A stretch of DNA of 56,898 nt from Minisyncoccia bacterium (GCA_049967535.1 JBMFSN010000002.1:1-56898); one strand, 5' to 3'. Shown: positions 1-7,845, numbered from the stretch's first letter. Notes: generated by a model not told the origin, from the sequence alone. Numbers and translations are program-made.

Positions 1-1271
1 GCTGTTCCCCTAACAATTAAAATATTTTCTCCTTCGGGGGTTTTAATAAGAGCGCTACTTCTTAATCTAGTAAAATCAAAGGGTAAACTAAAAAGAACTG
101 TAATATCTTCTAAAGCCTTATTTAAATGAAAGGATGACAAAGCTTCTAAAACTGTCTCATCTAAAGGATTGGTGCTTTTTTCTTTTATCGCCAGGGGCGA
201 AACCAAAAGAAAGTATAATAAAATTTTGTTTTCTGTTTGGGCTATAATTTGTTCTAACCTTAATTTATTTTCTGTTAAGGTACCTGTTTTATCTGTACAG
301 AGTATTTCCATATCTCCCAAATCCTCAATGGAAGACAGCCTTTTGACAATAACTTTTTTCTTTATTAATTTTAAAGCTCCTCGAGAAAGAGAAACGCTTA
401 CTACTACTGGTAAGGCTTCGGGTATTAGACCTACAATTAAAGCCACGCAAAAAATAATAAAACTAATTAAATTGGTCTGTCGTTGAAAAATAATATTAAG
501 AATAAAAATTAAAAAAATAGTAATTAAAACAGTAATAAAGATCAACCTTGAAAAATCAGCTAATTCTTTTTCATAAATACTCGGTCGAATAATATTGGAA
601 CTGAGTTGCGCCATCTTTCCCAGTTCTGTTTGTGAGCCAGTATTAACAACTATTCCCTGGGCTTCCCCTGAAACCACTGCTGTTCCAGAGAAAATAATAT
701 TCTGAGCTTCAAAAATCGATTTAACTAGCGGTAATTCATCGGAGGTTTTATTAACTGGCTGTGATTCGCCGGTTAAAACTGACTCATCAACCATAAGACC
801 ATGGCTCTCTAACAATCTTAAATCAGCTGGGACAATGTCCCCTGCCTCGAGAAGAACAATATCACCAGGAACTAAATAGCAACTATCAATATTTATTTCT
901 TTCCCAGAACGAATAACTTTAACTTGTTTGGCAAAATATTTTTTTAAGGTATCAGTTGCTTTTTGCGCTCGGTATTCTTGAAAAAATCCAATCATAACAT
1001 TGATAAAGGCAAAAATAAAAATCAAAAGACTCTCTATTTTTTGATTTAAAAGTAGAGAAATAATACCAGCAATAAATAAAAGATAAAAAAAGGCAGATTT
1101 AAATTGTCTTAAAAGAATAGTAAAAAAATTATTTTCTTTAGTCTTAACTTCATTCAGGCCAAAAGTTTTTTGGAGAAAATTAACTTCTTCTTTTCTAAGA
1201 CCATCGGGCCTGCTTTTAAGTAAGATAAATAATTCTTCTTTACTTTTTGAAGTAAAATCCAAAATAGACAT
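1..1271 (-). CDS. Cation-transporting P-type ATPase, N-terminal part; the gene runs off the left edge of the window
   Basis: Absent from the ORF track because it has no stop in the window. My own translation from the ATG (revcomp of 1269-1271) reads MSILDFTSKSKEELFILLKSRPDGLRKEEV... It contains LTGESQPV (TGES actuator motif) and CTDKTGTLT (phospho-Asp codon at 291-293). The frame stays open to position 3. Confidence 0.85.
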   Translation of the reverse strand, partial: MSILDFTSKSKEELFILLKSRPDGLRKEEVNFLQKTFGLNEVKTKENNFFTILLRQFKSAFFYLLFIAGIISLLLNQKIESLLIFIFAFINVMIGFFQEYRAQKATDTLKKYFAKQVKVIRSGKEINIDSCYLVPGDIVLLEAGDIVPADLRLLESHGLMVDESVLTGESQPVNKTSDELPLVKSIFEAQNIIFSGTAVVSGEAQGIVVNTGSQTELGKMAQLSSNIIRPSIYEKELADFSRLIFITVLITIFLIFILNIIFQRQTNLISFIIFCVALIVGLIPEALPVVVSVSLSRGALKLIKKKVIVKRLSSIEDLGDMEILCTDKTGTLTENKLRLEQIIAQTENKILLYFLLVSPLAIKEKSTNPLDETVLEALSSFHLNKALEDITVLFSLPFDFTRLRSSALIKTPEGENILIVRGT

Positions 1272-1367
1272 AAAATAAAATTACCCCTTACCAATTTACA
1301 ACTCTATTTTACTATAGTGCCAACTGGTATTTCTGTCCCAAAAGCTAAAAAAGAAATTTGGTCTTTA

Positions 1368-1745
1368 TTATTCTTTATCATTTTCGTCTCCCATTAACTT
1401 TTTAAAATTCTCTTCTTCTTTAGCAATATCACCAGCAGATTTACTGCCTAAAAAATCTAAAATTTCAGGCAAGGAATTCATTTCTTTAATTTTCTTACGT
1501 ATCCATTCAAATCTCGGTGCTGAGGCAATTTCCTCAAATTCCTTTACATTTTCTACAATTCTAGCTTGCTTATACAAAGTATAAAGATTATGATATTCCC
1601 CTATTTCTATTCCCGTTTTCTCTGATAAATCATGTAAAATCTTATTAACTTCAGGAGATATTGTCCCTTTGGTTTCTAATTTTCGCGTTTGATTATCTTT
1701 TTTATTGTCTTCTGGAGGATTCCCTTCAAAATGTTCAAAAGCCAT
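1368..1745 (-). CDS. Hypothetical protein (125 aa, charged, Lys/Glu-rich)
   Basis: ORF track only; I recognise no motif. It starts 9 nt after the stop of the upstream M15 peptidase gene, so the two are probably co-transcribed. Confidence 0.5.
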   Translation of the reverse strand: MAFEHFEGNPPEDNKKDNQTRKLETKGTISPEVNKILHDLSEKTGIEIGEYHNLYTLYKQARIVENVKEFEEIASAPRFEWIRKKIKEMNSLPEILDFLGSKSAGDIAKEEENFKKLMGDENDKE

Positions 1746-1754
1746 ATTAATAAT

Positions 1755-2372
1755 TTAATTAATGTTTTTTACCACTCCATAAATAGCAACTTTCTTTTTA
1801 GTTCTTCTGGCCCACCAGATATCTCCATATGACCAATGCCAATATTCTGTCAAAGAATTTGATAAACCCACTTTTGAAAGCACATTAAAAAGGAGCTCTC
1901 GATTTCTTTGAATATATTTTGGTAATTTGGGTTGAAACGATTTGGCATTTTCCTGATATGTTAACTTGGCACTTTTCATAGGAACTTTTCTGCCATTACG
2001 CAGTAATCTTAAATCAACCGCTCCCCCAGTCATATGACCAGAAGCGTATTTACCATTAGAAGGAGCAACAAATTTATTAACTTCCTGAAGAACCCTATTT
2101 TTGGACCAATGAGGATATTTTTTGGAAAAACGCTGGATAAATCCTTGCTTTATCTCTTTCTGGATATATTGGGGCCGCCAAGCATCTCCTATAATAAAAG
2201 TCATCCCCTTGGGAAGTTCTTTTTTAGCCCGACAGATCATTAAAGCGACCGTTTTTCGAAGATAAGCTTTCTGTTCTTTTTTTGTTCGCCGTGGCCCTAT
2301 GTCTATTACCAGCTCAGGACATAATTTCTTGATATCTACCAATGGTTCGTGGCATTCTTTTATCCTAATCAT
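1755..2372 (-). CDS. M15-family zinc D-Ala-D-Ala dipeptidase (VanX/DdpX-like)
   Basis: Motifs IIGDAWRPQ, SGHMTGGAVDL and EYWHWSYG match the VanX/DdpX pattern (DAYRP, SxHxxGxAxD, ExxH). Confidence 0.7.
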   Translation of the reverse strand: MIRIKECHEPLVDIKKLCPELVIDIGPRRTKKEQKAYLRKTVALMICRAKKELPKGMTFIIGDAWRPQYIQKEIKQGFIQRFSKKYPHWSKNRVLQEVNKFVAPSNGKYASGHMTGGAVDLRLLRNGRKVPMKSAKLTYQENAKSFQPKLPKYIQRNRELLFNVLSKVGLSNSLTEYWHWSYGDIWWARRTKKKVAIYGVVKNIN

Positions 2373-2424
2373 AAATATAATGTTATTATTTTGTTTATCT
2401 TTAATATTTATTATAACTCAAAAT

Positions 2425-2453
2425 TTGCGAGAAAGAAAGACCTGAGATATACT
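2425..2453 (+). promoter_or_regulatory. Putative sigma70-type promoter of mnmA (TTGCGA-N17-TATACT)
   Basis: TTGCGA at 2425-2430, a 17-nt spacer, TATACT at 2448-2453. The ATG of mnmA lies only 7 nt after the -10 hexamer and no SD is visible. Confidence 0.35.
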
Positions 2454-2460
2454 GAAATCT

Positions 2461-3540
2461 ATGAAATTAAGCAATAAAATTATCGTTGGGATGTCGGGCG
2501 GAGTAGACTCTTCAGCTGCTTTAATTTTATTAAAAAAACAAGGCTGGAGTCCAATAGGAATAACTTTAAAACTACCTGTTTGGCAAAGCAAAGCCAACGT
2601 TTGTCTTGATAATAGCTGTTGTACTCCCCAGTCAATAAAAATTGCCAAGGAAATCTGCCAAAAACTTAATATTCCTTATTATGTTATTGATGCCCAAAAG
2701 CAATTTCAAAAAGAAGTCGTTGAATATTTTATTAAAGAATTGAAATCTTATCATACCCCAAATCCATGCCTTATTTGCAATCGTAATCTCAAATTCCAGC
2801 TTTTAATCGCTTTAGCAAAAAAAATGAAAGCCCCCTTTGTCGCGACTGGCCATTATGCCCAAGTGAAATTCAATAAAAAAACTAGATTATATGAACTTTT
2901 TCAGGGTAAAGATAAAAATAAAGATCAAAGCTATTCTTTAAGTTTTCTTAAACAAAAACAATTAAAATATCTCATCTTACCTTTGGGGAAATATCTCAAA
3001 ACTGAAACTTATCAACTAGTTCGCCAAGCGGGATTTCCTTTTTTTGAAAAGAAAAAAGAGAGCCAGAATTTCTGTTTTGTTTCTAATCAGGCTTTGCCAG
3101 AATTTATTAAACAAAAACTGGGCGTTCATAAGGGCTTCATTCAAGATTTAAAAGGTAATGTTTTAGGAGAACACTTGGGATTATATTTTTATACTATTGG
3201 TCAAAGAAAAGGGTTGGAACTAAGCGGTGGGCCATATTATGTGGTTGATTTTGATATTAAAAATAACATTTTATTAGTTTCTAAAAATAAAAAAGATTTA
3301 TACAAAAAAGAGGTTCTTTTATCGCCTCTTAATTTAATTTCTTTAAAACCAACCAAAAAACCAATTGAAATTAAAGCCAAAATCAGATATCGCGCTAAAT
3401 TGAGCAAAGCTAAATTAATAATTATCAATCACAATAAGGCTAAGATTATTTTTAATAAACCGCAAATGGCTATTACTCCGGGTCAATTTTGCGTTTTTTA
3501 TAAAGGCCAAAAATGTTTAGGTGCAGGCATAATAAATTAA
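2461..3540 (+). CDS. mnmA: tRNA-specific 2-thiouridylase MnmA
   Basis: N-terminal PP-loop VGMSGGVDSS, LICNRNLKF, ATGHYA, and a C-terminal GQFCVFY barrel; 359 aa. Confidence 0.9.
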   Translation: MKLSNKIIVGMSGGVDSSAALILLKKQGWSPIGITLKLPVWQSKANVCLDNSCCTPQSIKIAKEICQKLNIPYYVIDAQKQFQKEVVEYFIKELKSYHTPNPCLICNRNLKFQLLIALAKKMKAPFVATGHYAQVKFNKKTRLYELFQGKDKNKDQSYSLSFLKQKQLKYLILPLGKYLKTETYQLVRQAGFPFFEKKKESQNFCFVSNQALPEFIKQKLGVHKGFIQDLKGNVLGEHLGLYFYTIGQRKGLELSGGPYYVVDFDIKNNILLVSKNKKDLYKKEVLLSPLNLISLKPTKKPIEIKAKIRYRAKLSKAKLIIINHNKAKIIFNKPQMAITPGQFCVFYKGQKCLGAGIIN

Positions 3541-3705
3541 AAATTACAAATGAAAATAAAAATCAAAAGGTAAAAATAAGTATTCAGTATTCAGTATTTA
3601 GTATAATTTATTTAAATTTTAAAAGTTAGATTTTGAAATAAGTATTGAGTATAAATGTTTAAAAATTAAAAATTAAAAATTTATTATTGTATTTCAGATT
3701 TCAAA

Positions 3706-4539
3706 TTACTTTTTATAATATTTTTTCTTAATGAATTCTTGCCACTTTTGCATTAAAAATTGAGTTTTCTCCCCTACTTGGCTGTGGTTAATTTGATATC
3801 CGTCAATTTGAACAACAGGGAGAATTTCACGCGTCGTTGAAGTAATAAAAACTTCTTTGGCTTTAATTAAATCTTGATAAGTAATAGGATGAATAATAGT
3901 TTTAAAATATTTTTGGGCTATTTGAAGAACGTATTTCCTAGTTACGCCCGGTAAAACAGCGTGATTGGGGGTGATTAAAAGATTGTTTTTAAAAATAAAG
4001 ATATTACTCGAGGAACATTCGTAAACATTATTATCATAAACGTATAAAAGTTCTGAGGCTTTATTTTTCTGTAAAAGATAGTGAAAACGAATGGCTTCTA
4101 CGTAATTGGCAATTTTAATTTGAGGATTAGTTCTTTTATGGTTTAAGCTTATTAATTTGATGCCTTTTTGATATAGCTCTTTGGGGTATGTTTTTAATGG
4201 TTCAGTTTCAATAAATAAAGTTTGCTTTTGAGGGAGCTCGAAATCTTCTTTGGGTATTCCCCCACTTAAAACAATTTTAATTTTAGCTTCTTTCAATTTG
4301 TTGCTTCTAATTAATTCACTAATAATCTCCTGCATTTTTACTTTGGCTACCGGGATTTTTAAATGCAGAAAGTCAGCCCCATTTTTTAAACGCTCGAAAT
4401 GGTCATTAAAAGCAAAAATTTGGCCACGATAAGTTCTTAAAACCTCAAGAAGAGCATAACCACGAATAAAACCTAAATCCAAAGGATTAATACCTACTTT
4501 TTTGGAGTCAAGATAGTGGCCATTTAGATATGATTTCAT
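3706..4539 (-). CDS. Fold-type IV PLP aminotransferase (branched-chain / D-amino-acid aminotransferase or ADC-lyase family)
   Basis: Motifs GFIRGYALLEVLRTY, ECSSSNIFIF and LPGVTRKYVL. I prefer the start at Met14 (MKSYLNGHYLD, 4539) over the ORF-track start at 4578. Substrate class cannot be decided by eye. Confidence 0.75.
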   Translation of the reverse strand: MKSYLNGHYLDSKKVGINPLDLGFIRGYALLEVLRTYRGQIFAFNDHFERLKNGADFLHLKIPVAKVKMQEIISELIRSNKLKEAKIKIVLSGGIPKEDFELPQKQTLFIETEPLKTYPKELYQKGIKLISLNHKRTNPQIKIANYVEAIRFHYLLQKNKASELLYVYDNNVYECSSSNIFIFKNNLLITPNHAVLPGVTRKYVLQIAQKYFKTIIHPITYQDLIKAKEVFITSTTREILPVVQIDGYQINHSQVGEKTQFLMQKWQEFIKKKYYKK

Positions 4540-4595
4540 ACAAAGAAATATTGTATAGTAATTATTTACCTTTTGCAAGCAAAAGGCACAGGTTA

Positions 4596-5858
4596 TTATC
4601 TGGTTTTAACCGCTGGTGAAGTGGTGGTATTTTGTAATTGCAAATTTTCTTTAGTCACTAAAGTAAATTGGACTTTTTTAGGGTCTAGGTTTACTAAATT
4701 TAAAGCAGAAGGGTATTTTAAATTATCTTGGTTTAAAGTAATAGTGTATTTATCAGGAACCGTCATATTATTCAAATCAATCGATACTTTTAAAAGATTG
4801 GGGTCTAATAATTTAAAATCTTGACTACGACCAGAAAAAGTAGCAATTACCTCGAGAGGTTTAATATTTTCCACTGCCAAAGTATTGTTAATATTAGTAA
4901 ATTCTATTTGAGCAATAAAATTTTTCTGAATAATCCCTAAATTAGGATAGCTGATAAGAATCCAAACAAAAGCAGTAAAAATTAAAGAAATTAATGCCAA
5001 AAGAACATTACTTTGGATGCTTTTAATAAAATTGAGAAAAGAATAAGGTTTTTTATTTTGATTTAAAAATTCTAAAAATTTTTTCAGAAAAGAAATTAAT
5101 TCTTCTTTGTCACTAATAGGTTTTAAAACACCATTTTGGGCAACAGTTACCGTCCCTTTTTCTTCAGAAACCATAACGCTTAAAGCATCGGTTCTTTCAG
5201 ATAAACCTAAACCCGCTCGATGGCGAGTGCCATAATTTTTTAACTGAACTAAGTCCTTGGATAAAGGCAAATAAACAGCAAATTTTTTTATTTGATCATT
5301 TTCTAAAACAACAGCTCCATCATGCCCGGGAGAATGGGTATCAAATAAAGATAAGATTAAAGGGTTAGACAATCGAGCGTCTATTTCAATGCCTCCCGTC
5401 ACATATGGCCAAATAGATTCTTGGCCAGGAATAACTATTAATGCTCCAATGCGGCGATTGGCCATAATAAAAATTGATTCTGCTAAACTATCAATCGTTT
5501 GCAAAGAAAAAGGCACTTGGTTTCTTCTTCCGCCGACCGAACCGATTAAATAAAAAAACCGTTTAATTTCTTCTTGAAAAATTACTACTAAAATAACAAT
5601 AAACGCTCCTAAAAGAGTTTGAAGAATTTTATAAGTTAAGGACAGGTTGAGCCAATAAGAAACAGCGTAGGATAAAAGAAGAATCACCACTCCAATAATA
5701 GCAGGTAAAGATTTAGTTCGTCTCAAAAACCAAAGCGAAAGATAAACCAAAAAGGCCGTAAAAATAATATCTAAAACATCCTTGAATTGAAGGCTAGACA
5801 AAAAGATTCTCAAAGAAAAGGGATTAACTTTAAAAAAGGAAATAAAACTCGCGGTCAT
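4596..5858 (-). CDS. cdaA: Diadenylate cyclase CdaA fused to a C-terminal TM helix and YbbR (CdaR-like) domain
   Basis: Three N-terminal TM helices. DAC motifs HSPGHDGAVV and GTRHRAGLGLSERTDA. This is followed by a TM helix (VLLALISLIFTAFVWILI) and a YbbR-type repeat (IAQIEFTNINNTLAVENIKPLEVIATFSG...KVSIDLNNM). Confidence 0.85.
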   Translation of the reverse strand: MTASFISFFKVNPFSLRIFLSSLQFKDVLDIIFTAFLVYLSLWFLRRTKSLPAIIGVVILLLSYAVSYWLNLSLTYKILQTLLGAFIVILVVIFQEEIKRFFYLIGSVGGRRNQVPFSLQTIDSLAESIFIMANRRIGALIVIPGQESIWPYVTGGIEIDARLSNPLILSLFDTHSPGHDGAVVLENDQIKKFAVYLPLSKDLVQLKNYGTRHRAGLGLSERTDALSVMVSEEKGTVTVAQNGVLKPISDKEELISFLKKFLEFLNQNKKPYSFLNFIKSIQSNVLLALISLIFTAFVWILISYPNLGIIQKNFIAQIEFTNINNTLAVENIKPLEVIATFSGRSQDFKLLDPNLLKVSIDLNNMTVPDKYTITLNQDNLKYPSALNLVNLDPKKVQFTLVTKENLQLQNTTTSPAVKTR

Positions 5859-6544
5859 TAAAGCAATTGAAATTTATTAATAATCAAAGCAAATTGATAG
5901 CCTAAATAATTGGCTGCCTTGCGACAATAAACCATTCTTTGGGTAAAAATTTCAAAATATTCCATCACCGGAACAATTTTGGTATCAATATCTAAAGTTA
6001 AAGCAATAACTTTATTTTTTTTATCTACTGTAATTTTACTTTGTTTAGTAGCATAATTAACTCGAGCATGAATATCATCATCTAAACTTTTTAAATCATC
6101 TAAATAAACTCGACTGCGCCTCACATCGGATTTATCAGCAATTACCAACACAGCAGAAACTTTATTAACAAATTCGATCTCTTTCTGATTAAATTCATCA
6201 TTATCATGAATTGCAATTGCTTGCATAATGGGAGTTAATTCCTCTACTGAATAAGTATCTTTAAAAACATCAAAAAAAAGAAGAGAACCAAGATATTGAT
6301 GCTGATTGCGGCTTAAAAAATTAGCCATATCATGACAAAAGCCGCTAATAGCAGAGAGTTCTTGCTCGTTTTTTGTTAAACCAATGCTTTGGCTAATATT
6401 ACGAGCCCGATCTGCTACCAAAGTAGCGTGTTTAAAGCCATGCTCTGTATAACCGATAGCTTTTAAAGCCTCGTCGCTTTTTTGAATAAATTCCAAAATT
6501 TGAGAATTATTATTAACTTTGGCTAAAGTAATCATAAAATTCAA
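5858..6544 (-). CDS. HD-domain metal-dependent phosphohydrolase
   Basis: H...HD signature (GFKHATLVADRA, GFCHDMANF, IAIHDND). Its stop codon overlaps the cdaA start codon by 1 nt (TAATG). Confidence 0.7.
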   Translation of the reverse strand: MNFMITLAKVNNNSQILEFIQKSDEALKAIGYTEHGFKHATLVADRARNISQSIGLTKNEQELSAISGFCHDMANFLSRNQHQYLGSLLFFDVFKDTYSVEELTPIMQAIAIHDNDEFNQKEIEFVNKVSAVLVIADKSDVRRSRVYLDDLKSLDDDIHARVNYATKQSKITVDKKNKVIALTLDIDTKIVPVMEYFEIFTQRMVYCRKAANYLGYQFALIINKFQLL

Positions 6545-6551
6545 AAATTAA

Positions 6552-6872
6552 TCATTTAACAATTGAACCCGGCGGTATTTCTTTATCAGGCATTAACAAA
6601 GATATCTCTTCCTCAGTAGAAGCCGCTAAAAGCATGCCATTACTCTCTAGGCCCATTAAAGACTTAGACTCTAAATTAGCCACAATAATAATTTGTTTAT
6701 TGACTAATTCTTCAGGAGAATAAAATTTGCCAATGCCAGCAATAATTTGGCGCTCTTCATTTCCTAGATTAACTTTTAATTTAATCAGTTTGTCCGAGTT
6801 TTCTACTTTTTCAGCTTCTAAAATTTTAGCTACTCTTAAATCTATTTTTTTAAAATCATCGTAAGTAATCAT
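6552..6872 (-). CDS. tRNA-binding domain protein (CsaA / MetRS C-terminal EMAP-like OB fold)
   Basis: DFKKIDLRVAKILEAEKVENSDKLIKLKVNLG...IIIVANLESKSLMGLESNGMLLAAS. I moved the start to Met22 (6872) because the ORF-track extension (6873-6935) runs over the tRNA-Pro gene. Confidence 0.8.
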   Translation of the reverse strand: MITYDDFKKIDLRVAKILEAEKVENSDKLIKLKVNLGNEERQIIAGIGKFYSPEELVNKQIIIVANLESKSLMGLESNGMLLAASTEEEISLLMPDKEIPPGSIVK

Positions 6873-6885
6873 AATTTTAAAAATG

Positions 6886-6957
6886 TCGGGGCACTGGGAC
6901 TTGAACCCAGAGTCGCACGCACCCCATGCGCGCATGTTACCATTACACTATGCCCCG
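6886..6957 (-). tRNA. tRNA-Pro (anticodon GGG)
   Basis: The reverse complement folds as a cloverleaf. Acceptor CGGGGCA/TGCCCCG, D arm GTGT-AATGGTA-ACAT, anticodon arm CGCGC-ATGGGGT-GCGTG, T arm CTGGG-TTCAAGT-CCCAG, discriminator A. The 3' CCA is not encoded. Confidence 0.85.
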
Positions 6958-6964
6958 TTAAAAA

Positions 6965-7153
6965 TTATTTTTCTATTTTAATCGCTTGAGCAGGACAAAG
7001 TAAGGCGGCCTGAGTAATACAGTCTTTATTTTTTTCAAGGTCAGCGTTCTTTCTTGCACTAGATTTACCATTATGAAACTCAAAAACCTCCGGGCACATA
7101 TTAACACACATTCCACAACCCAGGCATTTATTTGTATCAACTTTTAGTTTCAT
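6965..7153 (-). CDS. Small 4Fe-4S ferredoxin
   Basis: CLGCGMCVNMCP plus a distal CP (LLCPAQAI); 62 aa. Confidence 0.8.
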   Translation of the reverse strand: MKLKVDTNKCLGCGMCVNMCPEVFEFHNGKSSARKNADLEKNKDCITQAALLCPAQAIKIEK

Positions 7154-7342
7154 TTAAGCTGATTTAGTTAATTTTTTAAGGCAAGAAGTACAAACCCTAA
7201 TACGCTTTCCATTGGGTAATTTGTACCATTGTAAATTAGCTTTTTGACGGTGGTGAGAAGTGGGATTATAAGCAGAACGCGTCTTTACCCGTGTAGTAGC
7301 TGTATTATATTGTTTTCCGCAAATAGCGCAAACCTGAGCCAT
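7154..7342 (-). CDS. rpmB: 50S ribosomal protein L28
   Basis: MAQVCAICGKQYNTATTRVKTRSAYNPTSHHRQKANLQW..., typical L28. The start is set at Met14 of the ORF-track ORF (7342). Confidence 0.85.
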   Translation of the reverse strand: MAQVCAICGKQYNTATTRVKTRSAYNPTSHHRQKANLQWYKLPNGKRIRVCTSCLKKLTKSA

Positions 7343-7370
7343 AATAATGTTATTAAATTTAAAGAAAGAG

Positions 7371-7501
7371 GGGGCTGCCAAACAAGATCGAATTCAGTTA
7401 GAATCCAAGTGGGTGTCCTCGCTTTTAGCCCAAGGGATAAAAGACTTGGACTCCCTTGTAATACTATTTGATCTGAATCGATTTCTTGTTCAGTAAGCCC
7501 C
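7371..7501 (-). promoter_or_regulatory. Structured 5' leader upstream of rpmB (closed multi-helix fold with an H-type pseudoknot); class unknown
   Basis: Helices GGGGCU/AGCCCC and AACAAGAAAUCGAUUCAG/CUGAAUUCGAUCUUGUU enclose CAAGGGA/UCCCUUG. The loop of that hairpin, GUCCAAGU, pairs with the downstream ACUUGGAU. The single wobble in this last helix exists only on the minus strand. The fold begins at the predicted TSS of the promoter at 7508-7535. Confidence 0.4.
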
Positions 7502-7507
7502 AAAATT

Positions 7508-7535
7508 ATTCTATCACAAAAAGCAAAAAAATCAA
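7508..7535 (-). promoter_or_regulatory. Putative sigma70-type promoter with extended -10 (TTGATT-N16-TGaTAGAAT), minus strand
   Basis: Revcomp of 7530-7535 is TTGATT; revcomp of 7508-7516 is TGATAGAAT. Seven nt downstream lies GGGGC, the first helix of the rpmB leader. Confidence 0.4.
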
Positions 7536-7668
7536 ACCCTCCGCCATAACAAGTTTCAAAACACCCTGGAACTAGAAGATTAATTAATTATTAAAGCTTA
7601 AGCTTTAATGAGAAGATAACCTTCCTTTTAATAATTTATGGCGTCTTGTTTAAAAAATATAAACTCAG

Positions 7669-7845
7669 GCAGGAAAAATATTTTCTCTGAACGTTTGAGC
7701 GAAAGCCCTTTATAAAATTAAGGAGTTTTGGGAAGAAAATAGGGGTTGGAGCGAAGCGACATGGGTCCCCGTCATTTTCTGAAACAAAACGACTATAATT
7801 TTAAAAGGGCTGAGAGCGGTAGTAAAGAGAAAATATTTTCCCTGC
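7669..7845 (-). ncRNA. Candidate structured RNA: ~177-nt extended hairpin with 6S-RNA-like architecture
   Basis: 20-bp closing stem (7669-7688 with 7826-7845; one mismatch that is G.U only on the minus strand). 15 x 14 nt internal loop (7689-7703 / 7812-7825). Long interrupted distal stem (7704-7745 / 7767-7811). 21-nt apical loop. Confidence 0.35.

Noticed and set aside
169-486. 105-aa plus-strand ORF from the ORF track
   Set aside because: It lies antisense inside the P-type ATPase gene, whose minus-strand frame is open across the whole region and carries the DKTGTLT motif. I treat it as a shadow ORF.
6873-6935. N-terminal extensions of neighbouring ORFs over tRNA genes (here and at 48170-48211)
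   Set aside because: The extensions translate the tRNA-Pro and tRNA-Arg sequences (MRAWGACDSGFKSQCP..., MEVRFLLRGRLNVF...). Internal Met codons give N-termini that match the protein families.
7244-7503. Two overlapping ORFs of about 75 aa (7244-7471 plus strand, 7285-7503 minus strand)
   Set aside because: Both overlap rpmB and the structured leader and have no recognisable motifs. The region is better explained by L28 plus non-coding structure.
7590-7609. Perfect 20-nt palindrome ATTAAAGCTTAAGCTTTAAT flanked by direct AGAAGAT(T/A)AA repeats
   Set aside because: It is short and AT-rich, with nothing around it that distinguishes it from chance palindromes in an AT-rich spacer. It might be a weak hairpin or a protein site, but I have no support for either.
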